A DNA stretch of 64,000 nucleotides from the NCBI GenBank assembly GCA_016182045.1, contig JACOYE010000009.1, positions 1,328 to 65,327 on the forward strand, read 5' to 3'. The notes beneath the pieces are model-generated. The model did no database searches, was not told where the DNA came from, and saw nothing but the letters and a program-made list of their open reading frames with translations. Both the position numbers and the translations under genes were made by a program. Numbering within the stretch: position 1 is the first letter of the stretch; every line of letters begins with the position of its first letter. The DNA comes from Candidatus Microgenomates bacterium (GTDB lineage: Bacteria; Patescibacteriota; Microgenomatia; Daviesbacterales; UBA10151). Of this stretch, positions 16,309 through 24,932 are shown one piece after another.

Positions 16309-17349
16309 GTGCTTAGATTATACTACCAATGTATAATAAATATGTCCAAAAATATTATGACCTTAACTCAAACTGCCATTATCACCAAAAATATTATCAC
16401 CATAAGCGTATTGGCAACAGTTTTAAGTATCTTAAGCTTTATTGGTTACAAACTTTGGTATGCCTATTACTTGTCCGCCATTCCCCCAGTTGAGGAAAAA
16501 CCGGACTATAAATTTGGCAGTTTACCACCGATAGATTTCCCCGAGGCTACTGTTTCTTCCTCCAATTTTTCCTACAGTATCGATACCACCACCGGTAACC
16601 TCCCCAAAGTGGGGATAGATCCCGGCTTTGAAAAGATCATAAAAGTTTATTTTGTGATAAAACCCGTAGCTACCCTTTTATCTTCGGAGAAAAGTTTGGA
16701 TTTGGCTGAAAAATTCGCCATTTTCGCTCCTTTAGAAATCCTCTCTGAAACCTCTTATCAATTTCAGGAAAACGACAAAAATCTGAGGGTGGATATAGAT
16801 AGTGGAAATTTTATCTACACCAAGGAGTCTAGTCCATCTGCCAGAGAAAATCTTGATGATGAAGATAAGTTAGCTCAAGATTTTCAAAATATGCTCTCCT
16901 TTTTGGGAATCTCAAAGGATGAACTTAAAAATGGCCGGTCAAAAGTTATTATTTTAAATGATGAAGAGGGATTAGCTCAAATCTCCTTATGGCCAAAATT
17001 TTTTGATAAAAGAGAAGTCTTTACACCTCAGTTTAATAAATCTTTAGTAAACGCGGTGGTGAGAAGATCAGCAGATAATTTGGAGAATTATCTTGCCCTA
17101 AATTTTACATTCTGGAATGTTGATACTACCACCTTTGCAACTTACCCCACAAAATCTGCTGAGGCGGCTTTTGAGGACCTCAAATCTGGTAAGGGAGTGA
17201 TTACGATTGAACCATCCAAGCCACAGGTGTCCATCACCTCCATCTCTTTGGGGTATTATTTAGCAGATAACTATACTCTTTATCTTCAGCCAATTTATAT
17301 ATTTGAAGGACCTCAATTTGCATCCTATGTGTCGGCCGTCAATCAGTAA
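16309..17349 (+). CDS. hypothetical membrane-anchored protein
   Basis: TM segment near the N-terminus. The true start is probably an internal Met (MSKNIM or MTLTQ), because the called start abuts the gltX start. Confidence 0.45.
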   Translation: MLRLYYQCIINMSKNIMTLTQTAIITKNIITISVLATVLSILSFIGYKLWYAYYLSAIPPVEEKPDYKFGSLPPIDFPEATVSSSNFSYSIDTTTGNLPKVGIDPGFEKIIKVYFVIKPVATLLSSEKSLDLAEKFAIFAPLEILSETSYQFQENDKNLRVDIDSGNFIYTKESSPSARENLDDEDKLAQDFQNMLSFLGISKDELKNGRSKVIILNDEEGLAQISLWPKFFDKREVFTPQFNKSLVNAVVRRSADNLENYLALNFTFWNVDTTTFATYPTKSAEAAFEDLKSGKGVITIEPSKPQVSITSISLGYYLADNYTLYLQPIYIFEGPQFASYVSAVNQ

Positions 17350-18265
17350 AATCAGACCAGCTAAAGTTTGAGTAGGTCCAATCAATCAGTTTAGTGGTTT
17401 CTGCAAATCTATTATCACTGCCTAAAAGTACAATTAAAACCCGGTGTCCGTCCCTTTCGATTAAGGTGATTAAATTTTCCTTAGCTGCTTCTGTTTTACC
17501 GGTTTTAACACCCAAAACACCGACCACTTCCGATAGCAGTCTATTAAGGTTAGCTAACCTATGATTGTATCTTTTATCCAAAGAGACAATATTTGTTTGC
17601 TTAGTGGCAAAAATCCGGCTCAGTTGATAATCTTTCAAAGCCTCCTGGGTAATTTTGGCCATATCGGAGGCCGAGGAAAAATGTCTGGATGAATCGAATC
17701 CTGCCGGGTTATCAAAATGTGTATTTTTAAGATTCAGGTGTGAGGCTTTCTTATTCATGGCCGAAACAAAACCTATTATCCCTCCTGGGTAATTTTCTGC
17801 AATAGTATATGCCGCATCATTACCTGATGATAAAAGCATACCGTATAGTAGGGATCTGAAAGATAAATCCTCATCTCTAAAAAGTCCTACTTTGGTACCG
17901 GGAATACCAGCGCTATCAGAAACTTTCAAAACAGAATTCTGCTTAAAATACTCTACTCCCACCAAAGCCGTCATAATCTTGGTGGTTGAGGCAATGGGTA
18001 AGGGTAGGTTGATATCTTGTTGATATAAAATTGTATCTGTTTCCAAATCTTTAATTAAAATGGCCCGGGCGGAAATTTGAGGAAATGGTAAATTTTTCGA
18101 AACAGGTGGAATGTTATATTTTTGCACTCCTGCCACTTGGGCATTATTCTTAGGAATCTGTAAGCTTAATAATGCATCCCCTGTTATACTAACAACAAAA
18201 GGTAGAATACTAATAACAGCAACAGCAACAAATATTAGTCCAGTAGAATATAAATAATACTTCAT
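17339..18265 (-). CDS. dacA: D-alanyl-D-alanine carboxypeptidase (peptidase S11, PBP5-like)
   Basis: Signal or TM segment; SxxK motif (ASTTKIMTA), SGN-like motif (SSGND) and KTG motif (KTGKT). Confidence 0.75.
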   Translation of the reverse strand: MKYYLYSTGLIFVAVAVISILPFVVSITGDALLSLQIPKNNAQVAGVQKYNIPPVSKNLPFPQISARAILIKDLETDTILYQQDINLPLPIASTTKIMTALVGVEYFKQNSVLKVSDSAGIPGTKVGLFRDEDLSFRSLLYGMLLSSGNDAAYTIAENYPGGIIGFVSAMNKKASHLNLKNTHFDNPAGFDSSRHFSSASDMAKITQEALKDYQLSRIFATKQTNIVSLDKRYNHRLANLNRLLSEVVGVLGVKTGKTEAAKENLITLIERDGHRVLIVLLGSDNRFAETTKLIDWTYSNFSWSDFTD

Positions 18266-18355
18266 GCAATAATTTAAAAATTAAAGTGTAAAATGAAAAA
18301 TGACAGATTAAAATGTAAAATGTTCGATTAAATTTTTAATTTTACATTGTCATTT

Positions 18356-19729
18356 TTATTTTTTATTTTTAATATTTACATTTAGTCTTATATCAACTCT
18401 CTCCATATCTCTTGGGAAAAGGGCGGCCTCTCTGATATTTGCAAGACCTAAGATTTGCATGATCATTCTCTCCAGTCCAAAAGAAAATCCTCCCTCAGGC
18501 GGCATACCGTATTTGAAGGCCATTAAATACATCTCAAAATCTTTTGGATCCATGCCGTGAGACTTTATTGACTCGACCAATTGTTGATAGTCATTTATTC
18601 TTTGACTTCCAGACAGTATTTCAATCCCTTTAAATAGTAAATCATAACTTAGGCTGTATTCTGAATTTTTTGGATCCGGCATGGTGTAAAAAGGCTTGGC
18701 AGCAGTTGGGAAATGAGTGACAGTTATAAAATCAGAATTGTGTTTCTTTTTTGCCCATTTGCATAGATCCTGCTCATCTTGGGGTGTTAAATCTTTTTCT
18801 TTCTTATTGTCTCTACCATATTCTTTAAGAATAACTTCCTGAGCTTCTCTTAAAGTTAATCGGGGAATTTTATTATAGACAATCTCCTCTGCACCATATT
18901 CTTTAAGATATAGCTTGGATGAATTTTGAACATGCTCCACCATGCTTATGGCAATACTTTCATAAATATCCATTAATTCATCAAAGGAGGTAAATCCAAA
19001 TTCACAATCCATTTGAGTAACTTCCGCAAGATGCCTGGTAGTGACTGAAGGTTCTGCCCTATATGCTTTGGTAATTGTAAAAACCCTCTCAAAAACAGGA
19101 ACTAACATCTGCTTATAAAGCTGGGGGCTTTGGGTCAAAAATGCTTTATGTTCAAAATATTCTATCCTAAATACCTCCGCACCACCTTCTGTGGATGAGG
19201 CAGCAATGGTTGGAACAACAACTTCAGTACAACCTAATTTTTGACAAACTTGTCTAAATGAAGAAAGCAAAGCTTCTTGGACTTTAAAAATGGCCTTGAT
19301 TTTTGGGTGTCTTAAGCTGAGAGTACGCCAGTCTAAAAGAGTTGGCAGTTCCAAATTAAGAGTTGGACCTCCCATGTCAAATGGCAACTCCGAAGCTTTT
19401 GATAAAATCTCTATACTTTCTGCTGAAATTTCAATTTCTCCAGTGGGAATATTTTTATTGACCAGATTGGTAGGCCTTTTGTTTACCTTACCTATAATGC
19501 AAACCACATCTTGCGGGCTTATCTCACCTCCGAGGTGAGCTGAAGATGTAACCTTGCTCACACCTCGGAGGTGTGTGTCTTGGGATACAACTACTTGTAT
19601 TAACCCAGTTCTATCCAAAACATCCAAAAATAAAATCTTCCCGTGATCGCGCCTGGTCTGAATCCAACCGTAAATGGTCACTATTTCGCCAACTTTATCA
19701 TTACAATCTAAAATTAAAGTTCTTTCCAT
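18356..19729 (-). CDS. aspS: aspartate--tRNA ligase, archaeal/eukaryal-type (class IIb; could be AsnRS)
   Basis: N-terminal OB anticodon-binding fold; class II motifs; C-terminal GGFSFGLERMIM...FPRD. At ~457 aa it fits archaeal-type AspRS. Confidence 0.65.
   Translation of the reverse strand: MERTLILDCNDKVGEIVTIYGWIQTRRDHGKILFLDVLDRTGLIQVVVSQDTHLRGVSKVTSSAHLGGEISPQDVVCIIGKVNKRPTNLVNKNIPTGEIEISAESIEILSKASELPFDMGGPTLNLELPTLLDWRTLSLRHPKIKAIFKVQEALLSSFRQVCQKLGCTEVVVPTIAASSTEGGAEVFRIEYFEHKAFLTQSPQLYKQMLVPVFERVFTITKAYRAEPSVTTRHLAEVTQMDCEFGFTSFDELMDIYESIAISMVEHVQNSSKLYLKEYGAEEIVYNKIPRLTLREAQEVILKEYGRDNKKEKDLTPQDEQDLCKWAKKKHNSDFITVTHFPTAAKPFYTMPDPKNSEYSLSYDLLFKGIEILSGSQRINDYQQLVESIKSHGMDPKDFEMYLMAFKYGMPPEGGFSFGLERMIMQILGLANIREAALFPRDMERVDIRLNVNIKNKK
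19524..19574. repeat. pair of CACCTCCGAGGTG-type palindromic motifs inside the AspRS coding sequence
   Basis: ctcacctccgaggtgag ... ctcacacctcggaggtgtg. Locally GC-rich, it encodes SAHLGGEISPQD within the N-terminal domain. Confidence 0.6.
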
Positions 19730-19761
19730 CTGTCTTGCATCATATCAGTTGACGGGAACAG

Positions 19762-19790
19762 TTGACAAGATCAAAAATAATTGCTATATT
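19762..19790 (+). promoter_or_regulatory. consensus sigma70-like promoter (TTGACA-17-TATATT)
   Basis: ttgaca at 19762-19767, a 17-nt spacer, and tatatt at 19785-19790. Confidence 0.6.
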
Positions 19791-19796
19791 GCAAGA

Positions 19797-19935
19797 TATG
19801 CAAAAACCACAAGGAAGAAATTTTGGTTTCTTCTTTACCTTCGCTTAAGCGGAGGTTGGCCTGCCTGTCGGCAGACAGGTTTTTGCAAAGCTAACTAAAT
19901 TAGACTAACCTCCGAGATTATTGCGGAGGTTTTTT
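19797..19935 (+). ncRNA. ~140-nt leader or small RNA with two tandem intrinsic terminators
   Basis: Terminator 1 is CCTGTC-GGCA-GACAGG plus T5 (19858-19884). Terminator 2 is CCTCCG...CGGAGG plus T6 (19907-19935). CGGAGGTT at 19846-19853 can pair alternatively with AACCTCCG at 19901-19908. The element lies upstream of the ORF at 19966. Confidence 0.45.
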
Positions 19936-19965
19936 AGTGGGTTAAAAAGAAAGGAGGAGATAAAA

Positions 19966-20295
19966 ATGCCAGCAGAATTTGAACAAGGTAAATTTGACAG
20001 ATTTCATATAAAGCTGACTCAACCAGGTAACGAGGAGGTTCATATATTCACCTATTTATTAACTGAGAGTAGCTGTTTAGGCTATCATATTATTCGTGAT
20101 GGTAATGGCAAACTACCAGAAGATCTACTAAGAAGTATCGTAGAGGAAACACCTCCACATAGACAAGCTATCAGTAATCTCCGAAATTCTCTGCGGCTTT
20201 TAGGAAAAAAAAGGTTGATCAATGAATTACCAGAAGATAATCAACCACTAGTTATTTATCAAAGTGTTAAACGGGCAGTTGACAAAAGTAAATAG
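19966..20295 (+). CDS. hypothetical protein
   Basis: Strong RBS (AAGGAGGAG) 8 nt before ATG 19966. The ORF track starts earlier, at 19921, without an RBS. Confidence 0.5.
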   Translation: MPAEFEQGKFDRFHIKLTQPGNEEVHIFTYLLTESSCLGYHIIRDGNGKLPEDLLRSIVEETPPHRQAISNLRNSLRLLGKKRLINELPEDNQPLVIYQSVKRAVDKSK

Positions 20296-20451
20296 GTATT
20301 ATAGTATGGTTTTATTGTATGTCAAAAACAATTGCTATAGATTTAAAAAGAGTTGAAATTTTGTTTGGCCTCCTTATCTTGGCACTCCTTGGGGGTGCTA
20401 TTTTGGGAGGTCTTTTTAGGTAAAATTTAACCTAGAAAAGAAAGGAAATTA

Positions 20452-20475
20452 GACCTCCCGAAGGGGAGGTTTTTT
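20452..20475 (+). terminator. intrinsic terminator (CCTCCC-GAAG-GGGAGG plus T6)
   Basis: gacctcccgaaggggaggtttttt. Confidence 0.6.
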
Positions 20476-20486
20476 AATGGGGAAAT

Positions 20487-20720
20487 ATGGAAAGAATGGA
20501 AGGAGAAGAACGCAATTACCCTATTGGATCATTAAATGAGACTATACCCTTAAAGGGTGCTCCACCTCATTCAGACTATCAATCATTAGCAGGTAAACTA
20601 GCATTAAGAAAAGGTCAGGGTCTTGAATATCTTAAAAGGATAACTGACCCGCTTGTTTATGGAAAGAAATATGGTGACCCTGAAGAAAGAAAAAGAAGAA
20701 TAGATGATATAAATGCATAA
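20487..20720 (+). CDS. hypothetical protein
   Basis: 77-aa ORF with no recognisable family. Confidence 0.4.
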   Translation: MERMEGEERNYPIGSLNETIPLKGAPPHSDYQSLAGKLALRKGQGLEYLKRITDPLVYGKKYGDPEERKRRIDDINA

Positions 20721-20742
20721 ATTATAAAAGGAGGTGGATAAA

Positions 20743-21141
20743 ATGGCAAGATCAGAAGGAGAACCCGGTATGGAAGTAGCTATTCATCAAGATCCCGAGG
20801 AAAATATTGACCGTCTATATGCATCAATGGCTGCAATAGCTAAAATAGGACCAGAGCATGCTACTAGCGTCATATTGAAGACAAGACATTGGATTATTAA
20901 TTTCATACAGGGTGAAAGAGAGAAAATTGGAGATACTGTAAATAAAATCCCTCCTCAGTTAACAGAAGGTGATATGTTTAAAGAAGAAAATGCAATAATG
21001 TATGCGGGTATATTAACAACGCATCTGAGAGAAATGATTGGTAGAGGGGGGACACCTTTACCTGACAAAGCATTGGAAGTCGTTGGAGTCTTCAGTAAAT
21101 GGGTTCGTGAGAAATATAATAATGGTGAAGAAAATCGATAA
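20743..21141 (+). CDS. hypothetical protein
   Basis: RBS AAAGGAGGTG precedes ATG 20743. The called GTG at 20734 is less likely. Predicted helical protein. Confidence 0.45.
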   Translation: MARSEGEPGMEVAIHQDPEENIDRLYASMAAIAKIGPEHATSVILKTRHWIINFIQGEREKIGDTVNKIPPQLTEGDMFKEENAIMYAGILTTHLREMIGRGGTPLPDKALEVVGVFSKWVREKYNNGEENR

Positions 21142-21145
21142 TTAT

Positions 21146-22726
21146 CTAATTTATTTTTACATCTTTCACTTTTAATTGCAGTTTTTCATCCCCATTAAAG
21201 TCATTTAACTCTGGGATATATGCCAAATCAATTTGTTGACCATTTTGTAACATGCTTTGTAGATCCCCCATTCCAAAAGCAATGGCATCAAATCCGTCGA
21301 CCTTAAACTTCAGATGTTTGCCTTCACCTACTGTTCTTATATCTGAAACTTGCATCTTTCTTGTTGCAAAAATGGGTCTGGGATTTCCCAAACCAAATGG
21401 CTCAAATTTATTCAATTGGTCAACCAATCCTTTGGTCAGTTGTTTTCCATCTACTTCCGCCTCAATTTGCAAAACCCGTTCCACCTCGTCCGGCAAAGCA
21501 ATCACAATCTCCTCCAGTCTTTTTTTAAATAAAGTAATATTTTTGGTGGCAATGGAAAATCCGGCAGCTTTAGGATGACCCCCTACATCAACCAATAAAT
21601 CGGCATGTTTTCTAATCAGCTCCACAATGTTTACTCCATCAACGGATCTGGCTGATCCTTTAGAAACAGTCTCACCTAAAGATATAGCTATGCTGGGACG
21701 CAGGTACTCATCAGTAATCCTGCCAGCAATAAGACCAATTATTCCCGGCGACCACTTGTGAGATGTCAAAATATGAATTTTTTTACTTCGATCAATCAAA
21801 AGCTTGGCCTGCTCTATTGCGTCTGTTGTAAGCTGTTGACGGGTGGTATTGGTTTCAGATAAAAGTTTAGCCAGTTTTTTAGCTTTTTGCGGATCTTTTG
21901 TGCAAAGTAATCTTAAAGAATCTATGGCATGTTCAAGTCTTCCCATGGCATTAAGACGAGGCCCTAAAATATGGCCAACCTCATAAGATGAGATTTCTCC
22001 CAACATTAGTGATGATTCATTTATTAAAGATAAAAGTCCCAAGTTTGTTGTTCTATTTAGAATTTTAAATCCCTCGAAAACAAACGATCTACCTAAACCA
22101 ACAAGTGGCATTAAATCACAAACCGTGGCAAGGGATACAAATTGCAACAACTCTTCCCTTAATTCCCTTTTCACTATTCCCTCTATTAAACACCAAGCTA
22201 CCGCCGCTCCGCACATCTTGGTGGAATGAACTATCTCATATGCGACAGGTTTTTTATCTAAAGGTAGATGATGATCAGTAATAATCAAATCCAAACCAAT
22301 TTCTCTGGCATATTCTGCTTGTTCCAAGGCAACAATGCCATTATCAACCGTAACAACCAATGATGCGCCTTGATTCTTGGCAAAATCTAAACCCACTTTT
22401 GACAACCCGTATCCTTCTCTTTCTCTGTGCGGGATATATGGTAAAACCTTAGCACCCATCGATGTCAGCCCTTTGTATAGAATGGCTGATCCACAGATCC
22501 CATCAACATCATAATCCCCATATACTATTATCGGTTCTCCATTCTTAATGGCCTGCAAAATTCTTTTTTGAGCTTTTTCAGTTCCTGGAATCTTCAAATC
22601 TTTTTCAAAATCAGAAATCTTAGGATGAAAAAACTGATGCTTTTCTTCTTGAGTTATAAGTCCTCTATTAATTAATAGCTGCTTAATAAGATTATCTGAT
22701 TTTTTCGGGGCTATTCTCCACTTCAT
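21146..22726 (-). CDS. recJ: single-stranded-DNA-specific exonuclease RecJ (DHH/DHHA1)
   Basis: DHH motifs VYGDYDVDGICGSAIL and ITDHH; DHHA1-like C-terminal part. Confidence 0.8.
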   Translation of the reverse strand: MKWRIAPKKSDNLIKQLLINRGLITQEEKHQFFHPKISDFEKDLKIPGTEKAQKRILQAIKNGEPIIVYGDYDVDGICGSAILYKGLTSMGAKVLPYIPHREREGYGLSKVGLDFAKNQGASLVVTVDNGIVALEQAEYAREIGLDLIITDHHLPLDKKPVAYEIVHSTKMCGAAVAWCLIEGIVKRELREELLQFVSLATVCDLMPLVGLGRSFVFEGFKILNRTTNLGLLSLINESSLMLGEISSYEVGHILGPRLNAMGRLEHAIDSLRLLCTKDPQKAKKLAKLLSETNTTRQQLTTDAIEQAKLLIDRSKKIHILTSHKWSPGIIGLIAGRITDEYLRPSIAISLGETVSKGSARSVDGVNIVELIRKHADLLVDVGGHPKAAGFSIATKNITLFKKRLEEIVIALPDEVERVLQIEAEVDGKQLTKGLVDQLNKFEPFGLGNPRPIFATRKMQVSDIRTVGEGKHLKFKVDGFDAIAFGMGDLQSMLQNGQQIDLAYIPELNDFNGDEKLQLKVKDVKIN

Positions 22727-22735
22727 ATTATTCCA

Positions 22736-22794
22736 CCTCCGAGGTGTAATTGCTCGCCTCGCTGCGAAGCGGGCATTTCTTCACCTCGGAGGTG
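22736..22794. repeat. composite palindromic element in the recJ-cca intergenic region
   Basis: CACCTCCGAGGTG at 22736-22748, then GCTCGCCTCGCTGCGAAGCGGGC at 22752-22774, then CACCTCGGAGGTG at 22782-22794. Confidence 0.7.
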
Positions 22795-22844
22795 TATTGA
22801 TAGAGCAAATTGTATCACACACCCCAGGAGTGTAAAATGACTAC

Positions 22845-24254
22845 ATGGATTATAAATTACCTAATGAGGTAAAAATTATTTTAAATAAATTTCAAAAAGC
22901 TAATTTCCAAATTTATATTGTGGGAGGGGCTGTCCGTGACCTTTTAATGGGCAAGGTTGTAAGAGATTGGGATTTTACCACAGATGCTAAACCTGAGGAA
23001 ATTTTGAAAATAATCCCTGGGGGTTTTTATGACAATAAATTTGGTACGGTAGGTTTGGCAGTTGAGGATGGAGTATTTGAGATTACAACGATGAGGAAGG
23101 AGGGCGTCTACAAAGATTTCCGTCATCCTGACTCGGTTTCCTGGACCAATAAAATTGAGGAGGATTTAGGCAGACGAGATTTTACTGTCAATGCTATGGC
23201 ATTAGTTCCTAAAAGCGTCATTGCGAGCGAAGCGAAGCAATCTTCCACGGAAGATCGCCACGTCGCTAGCGCTCCTCGCGATGATAAATGGATGTTAGCA
23301 GATCCATTTCATGGACAACAGGACATCAAGGATAAACTGACTAGAGCAGTTGGAGATCCTAATACCCGTTTCCAAGAAGATGCTCTACGTCTAATAAGAG
23401 CTATCAGATTTGCCACAGAATTAGATTTTGACATAGATCCTAAAACTTTTGAGGCAATCCAAAAAAATGCTCCTCTTTTAAATGAGATTGCCAATGAAAG
23501 AGTTCGTGATGAGCTGTTTAAAATACTTGCCTCAGATAATGCTTATGAAGGAATCATCAAGTTAAGAGAGGCAAAATTACTACAAATTATTTTGCCGGAG
23601 CTGGAAAAATGCTTTGGTATTGTGCAGCAAGGACCAAAGCATGATAGAACTTATGATATTGGTGAACACTCTTTACTCACCCTTAAATACACCCCCTCTG
23701 GTGATTCATTAGTAAGATTGGCTTCTCTACTTCATGATATTGGTAAAACAGATACGGTAAAAGCTTCTCCCGATGGCAATGTCACTTTTTATCAGCATGA
23801 TGTGGTTGGCGGTGAGATTGTCAAAAAAATTGCCAAAAGATTTAATCTGTCTAAAAAACAAGCTGAAAAATTATCTCGATTAGTCAGATGGCACATGTTT
23901 ACAGTTTCAGAACACCAAACCGATTCTGCCATCAGAAGATTCATTAAAAATGTAGGTCTAGACAATATTAATGACATGATGGCACTACGAATCGGTGATA
24001 GATTAGGTGGTGGTACACAAACAGAAACCTCTTGGAGGATGGAAAAATTTCAACAAAGAATTAAACAGGTCCTCAAAAAACCATTTTCCATAACTGATCT
24101 TAAGGTTAATGGCAATGATGTGATGGAAGTACTTAACATAAAACCGGGCCCCAAAGTCGGCGAAATACTGCAGAAACTTTTTGAAGAAATCTTAGAAGAT
24201 TCTAATAAAAATAATCGTGATTATCTTTTAAATAGAATAAAGAATATAGAATAA
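22845..24254 (+). CDS. cca: CCA-adding enzyme (tRNA nucleotidyltransferase with HD domain)
   Basis: Pol-beta NTase head (IYIVGGAVRDLLMGK...DWDFTT) and an HD domain (LLHDIGK). Confidence 0.8.
   Translation: MDYKLPNEVKIILNKFQKANFQIYIVGGAVRDLLMGKVVRDWDFTTDAKPEEILKIIPGGFYDNKFGTVGLAVEDGVFEITTMRKEGVYKDFRHPDSVSWTNKIEEDLGRRDFTVNAMALVPKSVIASEAKQSSTEDRHVASAPRDDKWMLADPFHGQQDIKDKLTRAVGDPNTRFQEDALRLIRAIRFATELDFDIDPKTFEAIQKNAPLLNEIANERVRDELFKILASDNAYEGIIKLREAKLLQIILPELEKCFGIVQQGPKHDRTYDIGEHSLLTLKYTPSGDSLVRLASLLHDIGKTDTVKASPDGNVTFYQHDVVGGEIVKKIAKRFNLSKKQAEKLSRLVRWHMFTVSEHQTDSAIRRFIKNVGLDNINDMMALRIGDRLGGGTQTETSWRMEKFQQRIKQVLKKPFSITDLKVNGNDVMEVLNIKPGPKVGEILQKLFEEILEDSNKNNRDYLLNRIKNIE
23216..23286. repeat. 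GC-rich imperfect palindromic element inserted in-frame in cca
   Basis: cgtcattgcgagcgaagcgaagcaatctt...cgctagcgctcctcgcgatga. Its first 29 nt exactly equal the reverse complement of 24327-24355. It encodes SVIASEAKQSSTEDRHVASAPRDDK. Confidence 0.7.
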
Positions 24255-24261
24255 AGAGTTG

Positions 24262-24358
24262 AATCGTCATTGCGAGGAGTAAAACGACGAAGCAATCTTG
24301 ATAGAATTAAATTAAATAATCATTAAAAGATTGCTTCGCTTCGCTCGCAATGACGTAA
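24262..24358. repeat. MITE-like hairpin element with ~29-nt inverted arms, 3' of cca
   Basis: Left arm cgtcattgcgag[gagtaaaacgac]gaagcaatctt; right arm aagattgcttcgcttcgctcgcaatgacg; AT-rich loop between. Confidence 0.7.
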
Positions 24359-24410
24359 AATTTAATGGCCTAATTTTTCTTCCCAAAATAATTGAACAGT
24401 AATTTATTAT

Positions 24411-24435
24411 TCCATTGATTTAAATCATTAAAACA
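24411..24435. promoter_or_regulatory. palindromic operator-like motif, copy 1 (TCCATTGATTTAAATCATTAAAACA)
   Basis: Contains the 12-bp perfect palindrome TGATTTAAATCA, 15 nt upstream of ATG 24450. Confidence 0.6.
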
Positions 24436-24449
24436 GATAGAATTAAAGC

Positions 24450-24902
24450 ATGGGACAAATATCTAAATATCCTATCTCTAAAGACGTGGCTGATAGAATT
24501 TTTGATGTATTTATTAAGTCTTTCATTAAAGTTAAAAATGACAAGGATGCTCAAATTTTGGCCAATGATTTATTCACACCTACTGAAAGAATCATGTTGG
24601 CAAAAAGACTTGCTATTGCCTTTTGTTTAATGCAAGGATATGAATATAGAGAAATTTCCAAACTCTTAAGAGTAAGCGTAACTACTGTTGCGTCTGTAAA
24701 TATGACATTAAAATACGGTAGCAATGGTTATAGAACCATACTTGAGCGGATTAATAAAGAAGAAAAGCTTGAGGATCTATTCAAAAATATCGCCGAGAAA
24801 GTTTTAGCAATGGGTTCTTATGGCAAAGGTAGTGGGACTTGGAGATACTTACGAGCAGAAGTTCAAAAGTCTAGGGATAAAAAATTAAAAAAGCCATTTT
24901 GA
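24450..24902 (+). CDS. TrpR-like YerC/YecD-family HTH protein
   Basis: TPTERIMLAKRLAIAFCLMQGYEYREISKLLRVSVTTV is the YerC/YecD signature. Confidence 0.65.
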   Translation: MGQISKYPISKDVADRIFDVFIKSFIKVKNDKDAQILANDLFTPTERIMLAKRLAIAFCLMQGYEYREISKLLRVSVTTVASVNMTLKYGSNGYRTILERINKEEKLEDLFKNIAEKVLAMGSYGKGSGTWRYLRAEVQKSRDKKLKKPF

Positions 24903-24927
24903 TCCATTGATTTAAATCATTAAAACA
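24903..24927. promoter_or_regulatory. palindromic operator-like motif, copy 2
   Basis: tccattgatttaaatcattaaaaca sits between the upstream stop codon and ATG 24933. Confidence 0.6.
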
Positions 24928-24932
24928 AATAT

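Noticed and set aside
19797-19935. Rho-independent terminators upstream of start codons interpreted as bidirectional terminators for convergent genes
   Set aside because: Flanking genes are divergent, not convergent. They are better explained as attenuator or leader elements, or as copies of the CCTCC/GGAGG hairpin family.
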